Shown here in pieces: positions 37,866 through 45,351 of a stretch of 45,405 bases of DNA. Location of the stretch: NCBI GenBank assembly GCA_039798465.1, contig JBDKGA010000038.1:1-45405 (forward strand), in the 5' to 3' direction. A program made the translations under genes and the position numbers. Each line of letters opens with the position of its first letter. Position 1 is the first letter of the stretch. This stretch comes from Candidatus Parcubacteria bacterium (lineage in GTDB: Bacteria > Patescibacteriota > Minisyncoccia > Phycocordibacterales > UBA2100). The notes below the pieces were generated by a model. It had not been told where the DNA came from, did no database searches, and saw only the letters and a program-made list of their open reading frames with translations.

Positions 37866-38031
37866 GGGTTATTTCCAACATAGACCCGTAGGAGCGTGCT
37901 GGAAAATAACCCCTGATCTTTACGAAATATGCCCGGGGCCGCCTTGCCCCCATGTTTATGTCGCAAAAGATATATTGTGCGACATGTCCAGTATAGAGAA
38001 GGGCGGGCCTGAGAATCTCGCCTAGGCCCGC
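37866..38031. other. Non-coding region with four consecutive stem-loops (H1-H4)
   Basis: H1 37866-37912: 12 bp with one bulge and a 22-nt loop. H2 37929-37953: ggggc/gcccc core. H3 37958-37985: atgtcgca/tgcgacat. H4 38003-38031: gcgggcct/aggcccgc. Confidence 0.6.
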
Positions 38032-38060
38032 TTACTGTCTTATCTCTCCCCTTGAAAGGC

Positions 38061-38450
38061 TTAGCCTAGACCGTGTTTTGCGCCGGCGTTTTCGTCACGC
38101 TGATTTTTGCGCACTGGAATATCTTGAAACAAAAATCCTGGCCGCGGGGGACGAAGCTGATACATGTATTTTCCAGTAGAGGAGAAGGCAGTGGGTTCGT
38201 GTATCACATGTAGTTCACACCCGCCTATCCCCTGCTTTGTGTCATATCCCGGAGGCCTGTCATATTGTGCAAGTATTGCCACCAGGACCCAGCTATTCCA
38301 GTGGAATGTATGGCTGATGGCTTCTATTGCTTCCTGGTCACTACAGGCGACCATATATACCGGCTCTCCTTCTGGCATATCGCCTGCAACACATATGGTG
38401 TAGCTCATGCTGCACCAGAGGGTCGCCAGCGCAAGGATACACTTTCTCAT
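38061..38450 (-). CDS. Small secreted or lipoprotein-like hypothetical protein
   Basis: From ATG 38450 the N-terminus MRKCILALATLWCSMSYTICVAG looks like a signal peptide. A purine-rich GGAAAGGGAAG lies upstream. The ORF track extends to 38558. Confidence 0.5.
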   Translation of the reverse strand: MRKCILALATLWCSMSYTICVAGDMPEGEPVYMVACSDQEAIEAISHTFHWNSWVLVAILAQYDRPPGYDTKQGIGGCELHVIHEPTAFSSTGKYMYQLRPPRPGFLFQDIPVRKNQRDENAGAKHGLG

Positions 38451-38529
38451 CCGACTTCCCTTTCCTTGGGTTGAGGTTTCAAATAACCTTCTACCCCAAT
38501 TAGAGCACGCCCCTAGTGGGTAGCAAGCA

Positions 38530-38919
38530 CTACCGGACCGAACGCACAAATCTTGCAAACCATTTCGGCAGCTTACCTCCAGAAATGGAACTACCCATCA
38601 TGCGCGGCTTAAAATTATTGAATATAAATTCTTGAGCCGATTTGAGTTCCGCTTCGCGCTGTGCCAATAATTCTGGATTCGGCTGCGCCTCCGAAGGAAA
38701 GAGTTCAAGCTCGTTGATGCGCACATCGCCCACGTCCTTGATGCCAAGCTCTTGGGCGCGTATCGGATCGTACGCCAACAAAAAGATACGCCGCACGAAG
38801 CCATCTATTTCCTCTCGCTTCCACTGTTCAATGGTATACAAACCACAGTGCCCGAGCAGCAAACTTATAAAATGTGCCTCAGCGGCATGCAATTCGGCAT
38901 GGTGAATATTTTCTGTCAT
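38530..38919 (-). CDS. Hypothetical protein (129 aa), translationally coupled to the methyltransferase
   Basis: The ATG overlaps the upstream stop (ATGA at 38916-38919). No family recognised. Confidence 0.6.
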   Translation of the reverse strand: MTENIHHAELHAAEAHFISLLLGHCGLYTIEQWKREEIDGFVRRIFLLAYDPIRAQELGIKDVGDVRINELELFPSEAQPNPELLAQREAELKSAQEFIFNNFKPRMMGSSISGGKLPKWFARFVRSVR

Positions 38920-39683
38920 AACAATTTTCGCACTTCGAGCGAGAGAAAAAGCGGGAACTCTTTGCGTGCCCTATCCTCCCCTGCTTGGCGCGGACCTTTT
39001 TCGCTCACGCGATGAGAAATCCATTCTTCCATGCGCGTGATACACAGACCCGCCGCTGCAAATGCTTTCATGTGGTCTTGGAGTGAACGATGAAATGAAT
39101 ATGTATATTCGTGCTCCCCTTTCTTGCCCGGCGTCATATCCATCTTTTCGCGCGACGCAGAGAGGTATGCATCGACACGGCGATACTGTGTCTTTTGAGC
39201 ATCGTCCCATCCCCATGCGCTTTTTTTCGGAATACGAAACGCTGGATGATTGAGTACAAATACACAACGCCCTCCGCTCTTGAGTACGCGTGAGACTTCT
39301 TTCATGACTGCTTCAAGTTTCTCCATGTTTTGAAGCGCAAGAACGCAGGTCAGTACATCGTATGAAGCATCTTGTGCAAATGCGAGTGCATCAGCCGATG
39401 CAACATGGTATTTGATAGCCGGCGTATCTTTCTTGGCGCGAGCGATGAGCTCGGGGGCAATATCTGCACCCGCAACCTGCGCACCGCTCGCCGCAAGCAA
39501 ACGGGTAAAATATCCTTCACCGCACCCAATATCGAGTATTGTCTCCCCTCTCTGCGGGGCGACCATGCGTACAAAATTGGGTGCGATTACTTTTGCGTGA
39601 TACGTGTCTTCTCCCGCAACATGCTCGTCGTACCAATCGGCTACCGAACCCCAGGAAGTGGTTTTTTTATTTGTCATAGCCAA
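38916..39683 (-). CDS. Class I SAM-dependent methyltransferase
   Basis: Motif I ILDIGCGEGYFTRLLA, an acidic residue after beta-2 (GADIAP) and VLKSGGRCVFV. Confidence 0.85.
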   Translation of the reverse strand: MAMTNKKTTSWGSVADWYDEHVAGEDTYHAKVIAPNFVRMVAPQRGETILDIGCGEGYFTRLLAASGAQVAGADIAPELIARAKKDTPAIKYHVASADALAFAQDASYDVLTCVLALQNMEKLEAVMKEVSRVLKSGGRCVFVLNHPAFRIPKKSAWGWDDAQKTQYRRVDAYLSASREKMDMTPGKKGEHEYTYSFHRSLQDHMKAFAAAGLCITRMEEWISHRVSEKGPRQAGEDRARKEFPLFLSLEVRKLL

Positions 39684-40082
39684 CTATCTTGAAAGATCCG
39701 AGTACGCACACTATCGTCCATAAAGCCGCGCCCACTAAGACACCGAGGTGAAAATAGCTAGTGAGCATGTATCCGATTTTAACCCCTTCCCACGCAATAA
39801 CTACGTAGAGTGCGCTACAGGTGTAGAAAAGATATTCTTCTAGCGGCAAGTCTAGTATCTGCACACCGATAGTGTTGCTTTTGTTAAACGTCCACAACCA
39901 GTGCGTATCGTGTGCACCGTGCTTCGCCGCCCACACATCATAAAAAGACCCTACCACAGTAATGAGTCCGATGAATATGAAATTTGTGCAACAGGAATTT
40001 GAATCTCAAGCACGCTCCATATATAGAGAGCTGGGAGCAAAAATACGGCAATCAGGCTAGCTGCGTATGAGTATTTTTTCAT
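39667..40082 (-). pseudogene. Lycopene-cyclase-domain membrane protein with an interrupted frame
   Basis: ATG 40082 gives MKKYSYAASLIAVFLLPALYIWSVLEIQIPVAQ..., which stops at 39951. The rest (NFIFIGLITVVGSFYDVWAAKHG...LPLEEYLFY) continues in the frame of ORF 39667..39957. The PxEE motif is typical of the lycopene cyclase domain. Confidence 0.5.
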
Positions 40083-40084
40083 GC

Positions 40085-40681
40085 CTATTTCCACGGAATC
40101 TCAAACTGCGTAAACTCGGGCAACAGTTTGCGGCCGTACAAGAGGCGCGCGATGACCTCGGCATGGCTAAGCGCACCGGTGAGCGCATTGTGCGGCTGCG
40201 GCTCTTCGGGAATGCCGCAGTAATTGAGCACCGCATCAAGATTGAGTGCGGAGCGGTGATGCACGGGGTCTATTGGCGGCACGAGTCCCCTATTCACCAT
40301 GTGCATGTAGGCAAGTGTGTGTGTATCGATAGTGCGATGCGCAAACGGCCATGCGGTATGCCCCGCACGCTCGCACGCGTTTTTTATAAAATCACGATCA
40401 AACGAAGGATTTTGTCCGGCGATAGTGCGATTGCGCAAAGCACTGCTCCAGTGCAAAAATTCGTGCACGATATCAGCCTCGCTCGGCTTACTCGCATCGG
40501 TAATCTGCGCTTTGGTAAAACCATTTACCTCAAGCGCCTCGTCAGAAATGTGCGCACCGTCCCATACACGGCATTCGGCATAAAATCGTTTTTCGGGGTT
40601 TTCTAAATCGAGCGCGCCAATAGACACTATTGAGTGTTTGTGTGCCTCTACCCCGCTGGCTTCGACATCGACGACGAGCAT
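40085..40681 (-). CDS. DEDD-type 3'-5' exonuclease (DnaQ/RNase T-like)
   Basis: VVDVEASG (Exo I), GQNPSFDRDFI (Exo II) and HNALTGALSHAEV (Exo III-like). TACACT (40689-40694) lies 7 nt before the ATG. Confidence 0.8.
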   Translation of the reverse strand: MLVVDVEASGVEAHKHSIVSIGALDLENPEKRFYAECRVWDGAHISDEALEVNGFTKAQITDASKPSEADIVHEFLHWSSALRNRTIAGQNPSFDRDFIKNACERAGHTAWPFAHRTIDTHTLAYMHMVNRGLVPPIDPVHHRSALNLDAVLNYCGIPEEPQPHNALTGALSHAEVIARLLYGRKLLPEFTQFEIPWK

Positions 40682-40734
40682 AACAGAGAGTGTACCGTCT
40701 TAGGCAAAAGGTGTACAGCGGATTCCTAAGCCTA

Positions 40735-40841
40735 GAATATTGGATGCGATTCGAGGCGCGGGGAAAGCGGGCGAGGAGTCGTACAGACTAGTACGATGAC
40801 GAGCACGCCGGGGCCCCGTAACGATGAAGCGCGCCAATATT
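40735..40841 (+). repeat. Compound inverted-repeat element C (most diverged member)
   Basis: Arms gaatattggatgcgattc (40735-40752) and gaagcgcgccaatatt (40826-40841) form 8 perfect bp plus an imperfect extension with a 1-nt bulge. The interior carries gcgaggag plus the hairpin tcgtac-agacta-gtacga (40779-40796). Confidence 0.5.
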
Positions 40842-41229
40842 ACGGGCTTTGCAAACCTCGGCAATTCTTTGCGGGGCGGTAGCCTGCTTTCTTGGCAGCG
40901 TTTTCACTCACAAACCACACCTGCTTTTCGGGCGGGATTTGCTGCGCTCCACTACACCACGGAAAGTAGTACACCGAGCCCGTGCGCAGAGCGACAAACT
41001 GCCCGCCGAGAGCGAGGGCTCGCGGCTCCCCTACCCGCGAGCTCTCTCGTATGTCCACAATAGGGCGAGCAGCTTCAAGCGCCGAAAGCTGACCCAGTCC
41101 AAACGAAGCAACCCCCACCAAAACAACAAGGATAGGTATGGCCCATAGTTCCATGGCCTCGCCCGCCCTCGCAGCCCCCACACGCTCCAGATGCTTGATT
41201 TTGAGCCATGATTCCTGTATACTGCGCAT
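40840..41229 (-). CDS. Membrane-anchored small protein with a C-terminal Cys-containing domain
   Basis: TM helix LWAIPILVVLVGVASFGLG. C-terminus YYFPWCSGAQQIPPEKQVWFVSENAAKKAGYRPAKNC. TACAAT (41236-41241) lies 6 nt before ATG 41229. Confidence 0.6.
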   Translation of the reverse strand: MRSIQESWLKIKHLERVGAARAGEAMELWAIPILVVLVGVASFGLGQLSALEAARPIVDIRESSRVGEPRALALGGQFVALRTGSVYYFPWCSGAQQIPPEKQVWFVSENAAKKAGYRPAKNCRGLQSP

Positions 41230-41301
41230 CACTCTATTGTAGCTTGGTTTTGAGCCGTTTTCGAGAGCTCAGCCCATCTATCCGGAGTCCATTTTCATTC
41301 T

Positions 41302-41580
41302 ATGGCATCAACAAAAGCAGGTGGAACAACAAAAAACCTACGCGACTCAAATCCGAAGTATCTCGGCGTAAAGCGCGGTGACGGCCAAAAGGTTACCGTG
41401 GGCGAAGTTATCGTTCGTCAGCGCGGCACCAAGATAATGCCTGGCCGCAATATCGGCACCGGTAAGGATCATACTCTTTTTGCACTCAAGGCAGGTGTTG
41501 TACATTTCCGCACCATGCGCAAGACAGATTTCGACGGTCGCACCAAAACTCGCGGCGTTGTAGACGTTCTCGTTAAGTAA
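41302..41580 (+). CDS. rpmA: 50S ribosomal protein L27
   Basis: [57 protein letters not shown]. Confidence 0.95.
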   Translation: MASTKAGGTTKNLRDSNPKYLGVKRGDGQKVTVGEVIVRQRGTKIMPGRNIGTGKDHTLFALKAGVVHFRTMRKTDFDGRTKTRGVVDVLVK

Positions 41581-41600
41581 TTACCTCAGCGATTCTTCAG

Positions 41601-41630
41601 AACCGCTCCGTGGTGAGCGGTTTCTGTCTG
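41601..41630 (+). terminator. Intrinsic terminator after rpmA
   Basis: aaccgctc/gagcggtt 8-bp stem with a 6-nt loop, followed by the T-rich tctgtctg. Confidence 0.6.
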
Positions 41631-41645
41631 TGATATAAAAAATCT

Positions 41646-42830
41646 ATGCATGTTTTTGACCTCACTCACGTTGCTCTCGTTCTCTTCCTCGTGCTCGGAG
41701 GCGGATTATTTTTGGAGCGATTGCGACAGCCTGCACTCGTGGGGTATCTCTTTATGGGTGCCATCATTGGGCCGGGGCTACTAGGCCTCCAGGGAGACGA
41801 TGTCACCGTACGCTGGCTCGCCGAGCTCGCGATTGTACTTCTCATGTTTATGCTCGGACTCGAGCTCAATCTCAGCTTTTTTCGCGAATCAATAGGAAAG
41901 GCACTGGGTATCGCTCTTTCGCAAGTACTCGTCAGTGTGAGTGCCATGCTTGGTCTCACGTTCTTCTTTGATATTAGTCTCGAAACCGCTGTGCTCTTTG
42001 GATTTATTGCGGCGCTCTCTTCTACGGCAGTAGCCATGACCATGCTGCGCAATCTGGGCGAAGAGCACACCGAAATGGGTCACACCGCAACAGCCATACT
42101 TGTCGCGCAAGATATTCTCGTGGTACCTATGCTCCTCGTGGTGAGTATTCTCGGAGAAGGTTTTACGGTAGATGGCGTGCTGCATCTCGGCATTTCTCTG
42201 AGCGTTATCGCAGCGACACTCTTTGGTATTTTTGAGCTGGCTCAGCACCCCCAGTGGGTCGCGCGTCTCGAATCATTCTTTACACGCGGCGCCTCACAGC
42301 CGGTGGTTGCCGCTATGACATTGTGCTTTGGCGCTGCAGCACTTTCGGGCTCTGTCGGCCTCTCTACTGCCTATGGCGCATTTGCAATCGGACTCCTTAT
42401 TGGAAACATGGGTACTATCGGCGCATCGTATCGCAGCGCGATTGAGCCCATACACGAACTCCTCATGATGGTGTTCTTTTTGTCTATTGGGCTTTTGCTT
42501 GATATCGGATTCATTCTGACAAATCTCCCACTCATCGGGGTACTGCTTGCTGTTACTGTTCTTCTCAAAACCGCCTTCACGGTGTTCATTGCGCGCATCG
42601 CCGGTATACGAAGTGAAATCGCATTACCGCTCGGCGCAGTCTTGGGGCAAATCGGAGAGTTCTCTTTCGTACTACTCGCGCTCGGTCTCTCTACCGGATT
42701 TCTTACTCACGAAACATATCAAATGGGACTGTCTGTTATTGCACTCTCGCTCGTGATTTCCCCGCTATGGTATTCATTGATGCGGCACCACTTGCGCACT
42801 GTGCACAGCATAGAGCACGCACGCGCCTAA
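41646..42830 (+). CDS. Cation:proton antiporter (CPA2/Kef-type membrane domain only)
   Basis: About 12 TM helices. PALVGYLFMGAIIGPGLLG and GQIGEFSFVLLALG are typical of the Na+/H+ exchanger family. TGaTATAAA (41631-41639) lies 6 nt before the ATG. Confidence 0.82.
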   Translation: MHVFDLTHVALVLFLVLGGGLFLERLRQPALVGYLFMGAIIGPGLLGLQGDDVTVRWLAELAIVLLMFMLGLELNLSFFRESIGKALGIALSQVLVSVSAMLGLTFFFDISLETAVLFGFIAALSSTAVAMTMLRNLGEEHTEMGHTATAILVAQDILVVPMLLVVSILGEGFTVDGVLHLGISLSVIAATLFGIFELAQHPQWVARLESFFTRGASQPVVAAMTLCFGAAALSGSVGLSTAYGAFAIGLLIGNMGTIGASYRSAIEPIHELLMMVFFLSIGLLLDIGFILTNLPLIGVLLAVTVLLKTAFTVFIARIAGIRSEIALPLGAVLGQIGEFSFVLLALGLSTGFLTHETYQMGLSVIALSLVISPLWYSLMRHHLRTVHSIEHARA

Positions 42831-42831
42831 A

Positions 42832-43275
42832 TTATTCTCCCTGCACTACCACGGTGATAGTGGCCTTGTGGCCATGGAGATCGGCTACTACTTCAAAATC
42901 GCCAAATGTTTTGATGTGTTCTGCTGCTGCCAGGTGATGTGCGTCTACCTGCACACCATGTTCGTGTACTATCGCTGCCGCGATATCGGCCGGTGAGATT
43001 TGTTTGTAGAGGTGTCGCTGCTCGTTGCCCTTGGCAAAAATCGTAACGATTTTTCCCTGCAATTTTTGTGCGTCTTTCGCGGCCTGCTGCTCAGCCGAAG
43101 CGTGTGCGCTCTGTTCTACCCCCTTTTTCTTTTCGAGTGCTGCGACACGCTCGGGAGTCGCCTGGACCGCCTTGCCCTGTGGAATCAGTGAGTTCATGGC
43201 ATAGCCATCACTCACCTCTTTTATCTCGTCGCGTCTCCCCACGCCCCCTACATCCTTCACGAAAATGACTTTCAT
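42832..43275 (-). CDS. rplI: 50S ribosomal protein L9
   Basis: [37 protein letters not shown]. Confidence 0.92.
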   Translation of the reverse strand: MKVIFVKDVGGVGRRDEIKEVSDGYAMNSLIPQGKAVQATPERVAALEKKKGVEQSAHASAEQQAAKDAQKLQGKIVTIFAKGNEQRHLYKQISPADIAAAIVHEHGVQVDAHHLAAAEHIKTFGDFEVVADLHGHKATITVVVQGE

Positions 43276-43281
43276 ACCTAC

Positions 43282-43309
43282 ATTGTAGAGAGAAAATGCG
43301 CCGAGTCAA
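43282..43309 (-). promoter_or_regulatory. rplI promoter (leaderless spacing)
   Basis: Minus-strand TTGACT (43304-43309), 16-nt spacer, TACAAT (43282-43287), then 6 nt to ATG 43275. Confidence 0.65.
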
Positions 43310-43318
43310 AGTGGCACA

Positions 43319-43417
43319 CGGCGAACGAGGTTTTCGAGAACCTCTGCAGCGCGACGGCGCGAAGCTGAGGAATTTTATAGCAATAAAATTCCGTGTTCGA
43401 GGAAACCTCGTTCGCCG
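43319..43417 (+). repeat. Compound inverted-repeat element B (15-bp perfect arms)
   Basis: cggcgaacgaggttt (43319-43333) is the exact reverse complement of 43403-43417. Core gcagcgcgacggcgcg (43346-43361) is identical to 131-146. Inner hairpin ggaatttta-tagcaa-taaaattcc spans 43369-43392. Confidence 0.8.
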
Positions 43418-43439
43418 CATGAAAAATCGTAGCGAACAA

Positions 43440-44675
43440 TTATTCAGACAGGTACTTAATCGCCGCATCCATCTGCGGATCTTTTCCAGCCTTCACGTCT
43501 TCTTCCGTAATATCCGCTTCTATATCTGGCTTGATTCCTTCGAGCGGGATTTGCACGCCATCGGGCCCGAGCCAGCGCGCCACCGTGAGCTTGAGCGAGG
43601 TGCCCGGAGAAATCTCGACGAGCTCTTGCACCGAACCTTTGCCAAAGGTGTTGGTGCCTATGAGCTTTCCGACACCGTAGTAGCGCAGTGCATCAGCAAG
43701 AATTTCTGATGCCGAGGCAGAGCCCTTGTTCACGAGTATTGCCATCTTGAGATTCTGATTAAACACATTGTACCCAAACGAGCGGTGCACAATGGTGGGT
43801 GCGTGGCCGTCGTAGTCTTCGCTCACAATCACCTTCCCTGCTGGGGTAAACCAGCTCGCCATATCGACCGCCGCTTCGAGGTAGCCCCCAGGGTTTCCAC
43901 GCAAATCGAGTACAAGCTTGGTCTTCCCCGATTCCACAAATTCACGCAGCGCACTGCGGAATAGTTCGGGCGCGTTTGAGGTAAAGGTGGCGACCGAGAT
44001 GACAAACACATCGCCTTTTACCTTTGTCTCAACAATCGGGACGTTTATGACATCGCGCGTTACCTCTATTTCTTTTGGTGCCGCCCATCCTTCACGCTGT
44101 ACCAAAAGCGTTACCTGTGTCCCCTTGGGACCGCGAATCATTTTTACTGCTTGGGTGACATCCAAGCCCTTAGTGTCTTTGCTATCTATTTTCAAAATCT
44201 GGTCGCCACTCTTGAGGCCGGCGCGTTCGGCGGGCGTGTTTTTGAGTGGAGAAACCACGGTGAGCACTTCGCTCTTTACGGCAATTTCCATTCCCACGCC
44301 TTCAAAGGCACCACTCATGTCTTGAGCAAATTGTTCGTTTTCTTGTGGTGGTAAGAAAAAGGTATAGGGATCGTTGAGCGAAGATGCAAGGCCTCCTATC
44401 ATGCCCCACACGCGCTTATCGTTTTTGTCTTTGGTGGTGGTCGCTACGGGAGTGGTCGAAGACACCGCGGCAGGAACAAATTTTTCATCTATGACACGCC
44501 ACGCTTTCCATACCGGAGAAAAGTCGACACCTTCTGGCGCGCCCGAAACCAAGCTCCCCCCAATCCCCCGCGCAACCAACTGGCGCTCAGTAAGAAAGCC
44601 AATGCCAAACCCGACGAGCAGTGCCGCGAGTACCAGGCCCACCAGCTCAGGAGAACGAACAAAGCGATGATACAT
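43440..44675 (-). CDS. S41 family C-terminal processing peptidase
   Basis: PDZ segment (GMEIAVKSEVLTVVSPLKNTPAERAGLKSGDQI), LVLDLRGNPGGYL, NKGSASASEILA and TFGKGSVQ. GATACT (44683-44688) lies 7 nt before ATG 44675. The ORF track gives GTG 44699. Confidence 0.88.
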   Translation of the reverse strand: MYHRFVRSPELVGLVLAALLVGFGIGFLTERQLVARGIGGSLVSGAPEGVDFSPVWKAWRVIDEKFVPAAVSSTTPVATTTKDKNDKRVWGMIGGLASSLNDPYTFFLPPQENEQFAQDMSGAFEGVGMEIAVKSEVLTVVSPLKNTPAERAGLKSGDQILKIDSKDTKGLDVTQAVKMIRGPKGTQVTLLVQREGWAAPKEIEVTRDVINVPIVETKVKGDVFVISVATFTSNAPELFRSALREFVESGKTKLVLDLRGNPGGYLEAAVDMASWFTPAGKVIVSEDYDGHAPTIVHRSFGYNVFNQNLKMAILVNKGSASASEILADALRYYGVGKLIGTNTFGKGSVQELVEISPGTSLKLTVARWLGPDGVQIPLEGIKPDIEADITEEDVKAGKDPQMDAAIKYLSE

Positions 44676-44745
44676 GCGGCTAAGTATCGCATGCGCCACG
44701 GGCGGTGGAAAGGATGATGTCTGTATACAAGCATGTGGCCTCCAA

Positions 44746-44770
44746 AATACACAGGGTAACCCTGTGTATT
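44746..44770. promoter_or_regulatory. 25-bp near-perfect palindrome (operator or bidirectional terminator candidate)
   Basis: aatacacagggt-a-accctgtgtatt has 12-nt arms that match apart from the central base. It has T-runs on both strands and lies between the S41 peptidase promoter and the promoter region of the small + strand ORFs. Confidence 0.5.
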
Positions 44771-44847
44771 TCGTTTGCGAGTCTTGGAGGCGGTGTTATG
44801 CTGCGTGCGAGAGGATAGGTAGAGGTAATTCTATATTGTGAAAAGAT

Positions 44848-45034
44848 ATGACTGATTACACCACAAAAAATACAAATAAATTGGACCTATCCCCATTTTC
44901 TCGAACGCACTGCAACACTCAGAGAAGCGGCTTTTGCGCTCAGACGCATAGCTGACTTGATGCTTGCCGAAGTGCAGCACATGGATGCGGCACAAGAGCG
45001 CTTTGCAGCAAAGAAAGCGAAGAAGAACGCTTAG
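44848..45034 (+). CDS. Possible small helical protein (about 61 aa) requiring a frame change in a T4 run
   Basis: ATG 44848 gives MTDYTTKNTNKLDLSPF.... A protein-like helix LERTATLREAAFALRRIADLMLAEVQHMDAAQERFAAKKAKKNA continues in the +1 frame to TAG 45032-45034. TATATT (44832-44837) lies upstream. Confidence 0.3.
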
Positions 45035-45086
45035 CGCAGCCGCGGGGTATTGCCCCACACTTATCCGCTTCATGCATCGTTCACCT

Positions 45087-45257
45087 ATGACTTCAGACAC
45101 AATAGAAGCAGCCCGCACACTTATCGACTTCGCGCGCGACCATGCAGAAGACGTGTATGACCCCGACGAATATCCGCAGTACGCCCCGCTGTACCACGAC
45201 ATTCATAGAGCGGCCGACACGATGCAGCAGTATCTCGATTACGCATCGCGCGTATGA
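45087..45257 (+). CDS. Possible small acidic protein (56 aa)
   Basis: MTSDTIEAARTLIDFARDHAEDVYDPDEYPQYAPLYHDIHRAADTMQQYLDYASRV has protein-like composition. No clear Shine-Dalgarno or -10 box. Confidence 0.35.
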   Translation: MTSDTIEAARTLIDFARDHAEDVYDPDEYPQYAPLYHDIHRAADTMQQYLDYASRV

Positions 45258-45351
45258 TTTCTGTTGCCGCCACCCGCATCCGCCAACTGTCCGCGGAATG
45301 GGAATGGGGATACGTCCGATTTATTGCCTATTTCTGTGGCATAATATTTTC

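Noticed and set aside
37866-37912. Possible CRISPR repeat or terminal inverted repeat (gttggaaataaccc-like sequence on both strands).
   Set aside because: There are only two copies, in inverted orientation and 22 nt apart. There are no direct repeats with spacers and no cas or transposase gene adjacent. It is treated as a hairpin.
40824-41148. + strand ORFs 40824..41063 and 40849..41148, downstream of the GAGGAG box of element C.
   Set aside because: They are antisense to the better-supported membrane-protein gene 40840..41229, and their translations are Arg/Ser/Ala-rich low complexity.
102-43417. Integron attC-site interpretation of the four compound inverted repeats.
   Set aside because: The arms lack RYYYAAC and GTTRRRY core sites. 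The flanking genes are housekeeping genes with their own promoters, and no integrase is present.
4550-44699. N-terminal extensions in the ORF track: starts at 4550, 7621, 8215, 10070, 11257, 12822, 13596, 17322, 17770, 22331, 24499, 29929, 38558, 41232 and 44699.
   Set aside because: The extensions overlap upstream genes or run through promoter elements. The extra residues are non-homologous to the recognised families. Internal ATGs with the -10 box 6-9 nt upstream (or ATGA coupling) fit better.
44831-45202. The 123-aa ORF on the - strand.
   Set aside because: It has an implausible composition: a Ser/Tyr/Gly/Cys-rich N-terminus and a Cys/Leu-rich middle. It has no -10 or SD signal, and it overlaps two more protein-like + strand ORFs. 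It is kept only as an alternative explanation for the 44746-44770 hairpin.
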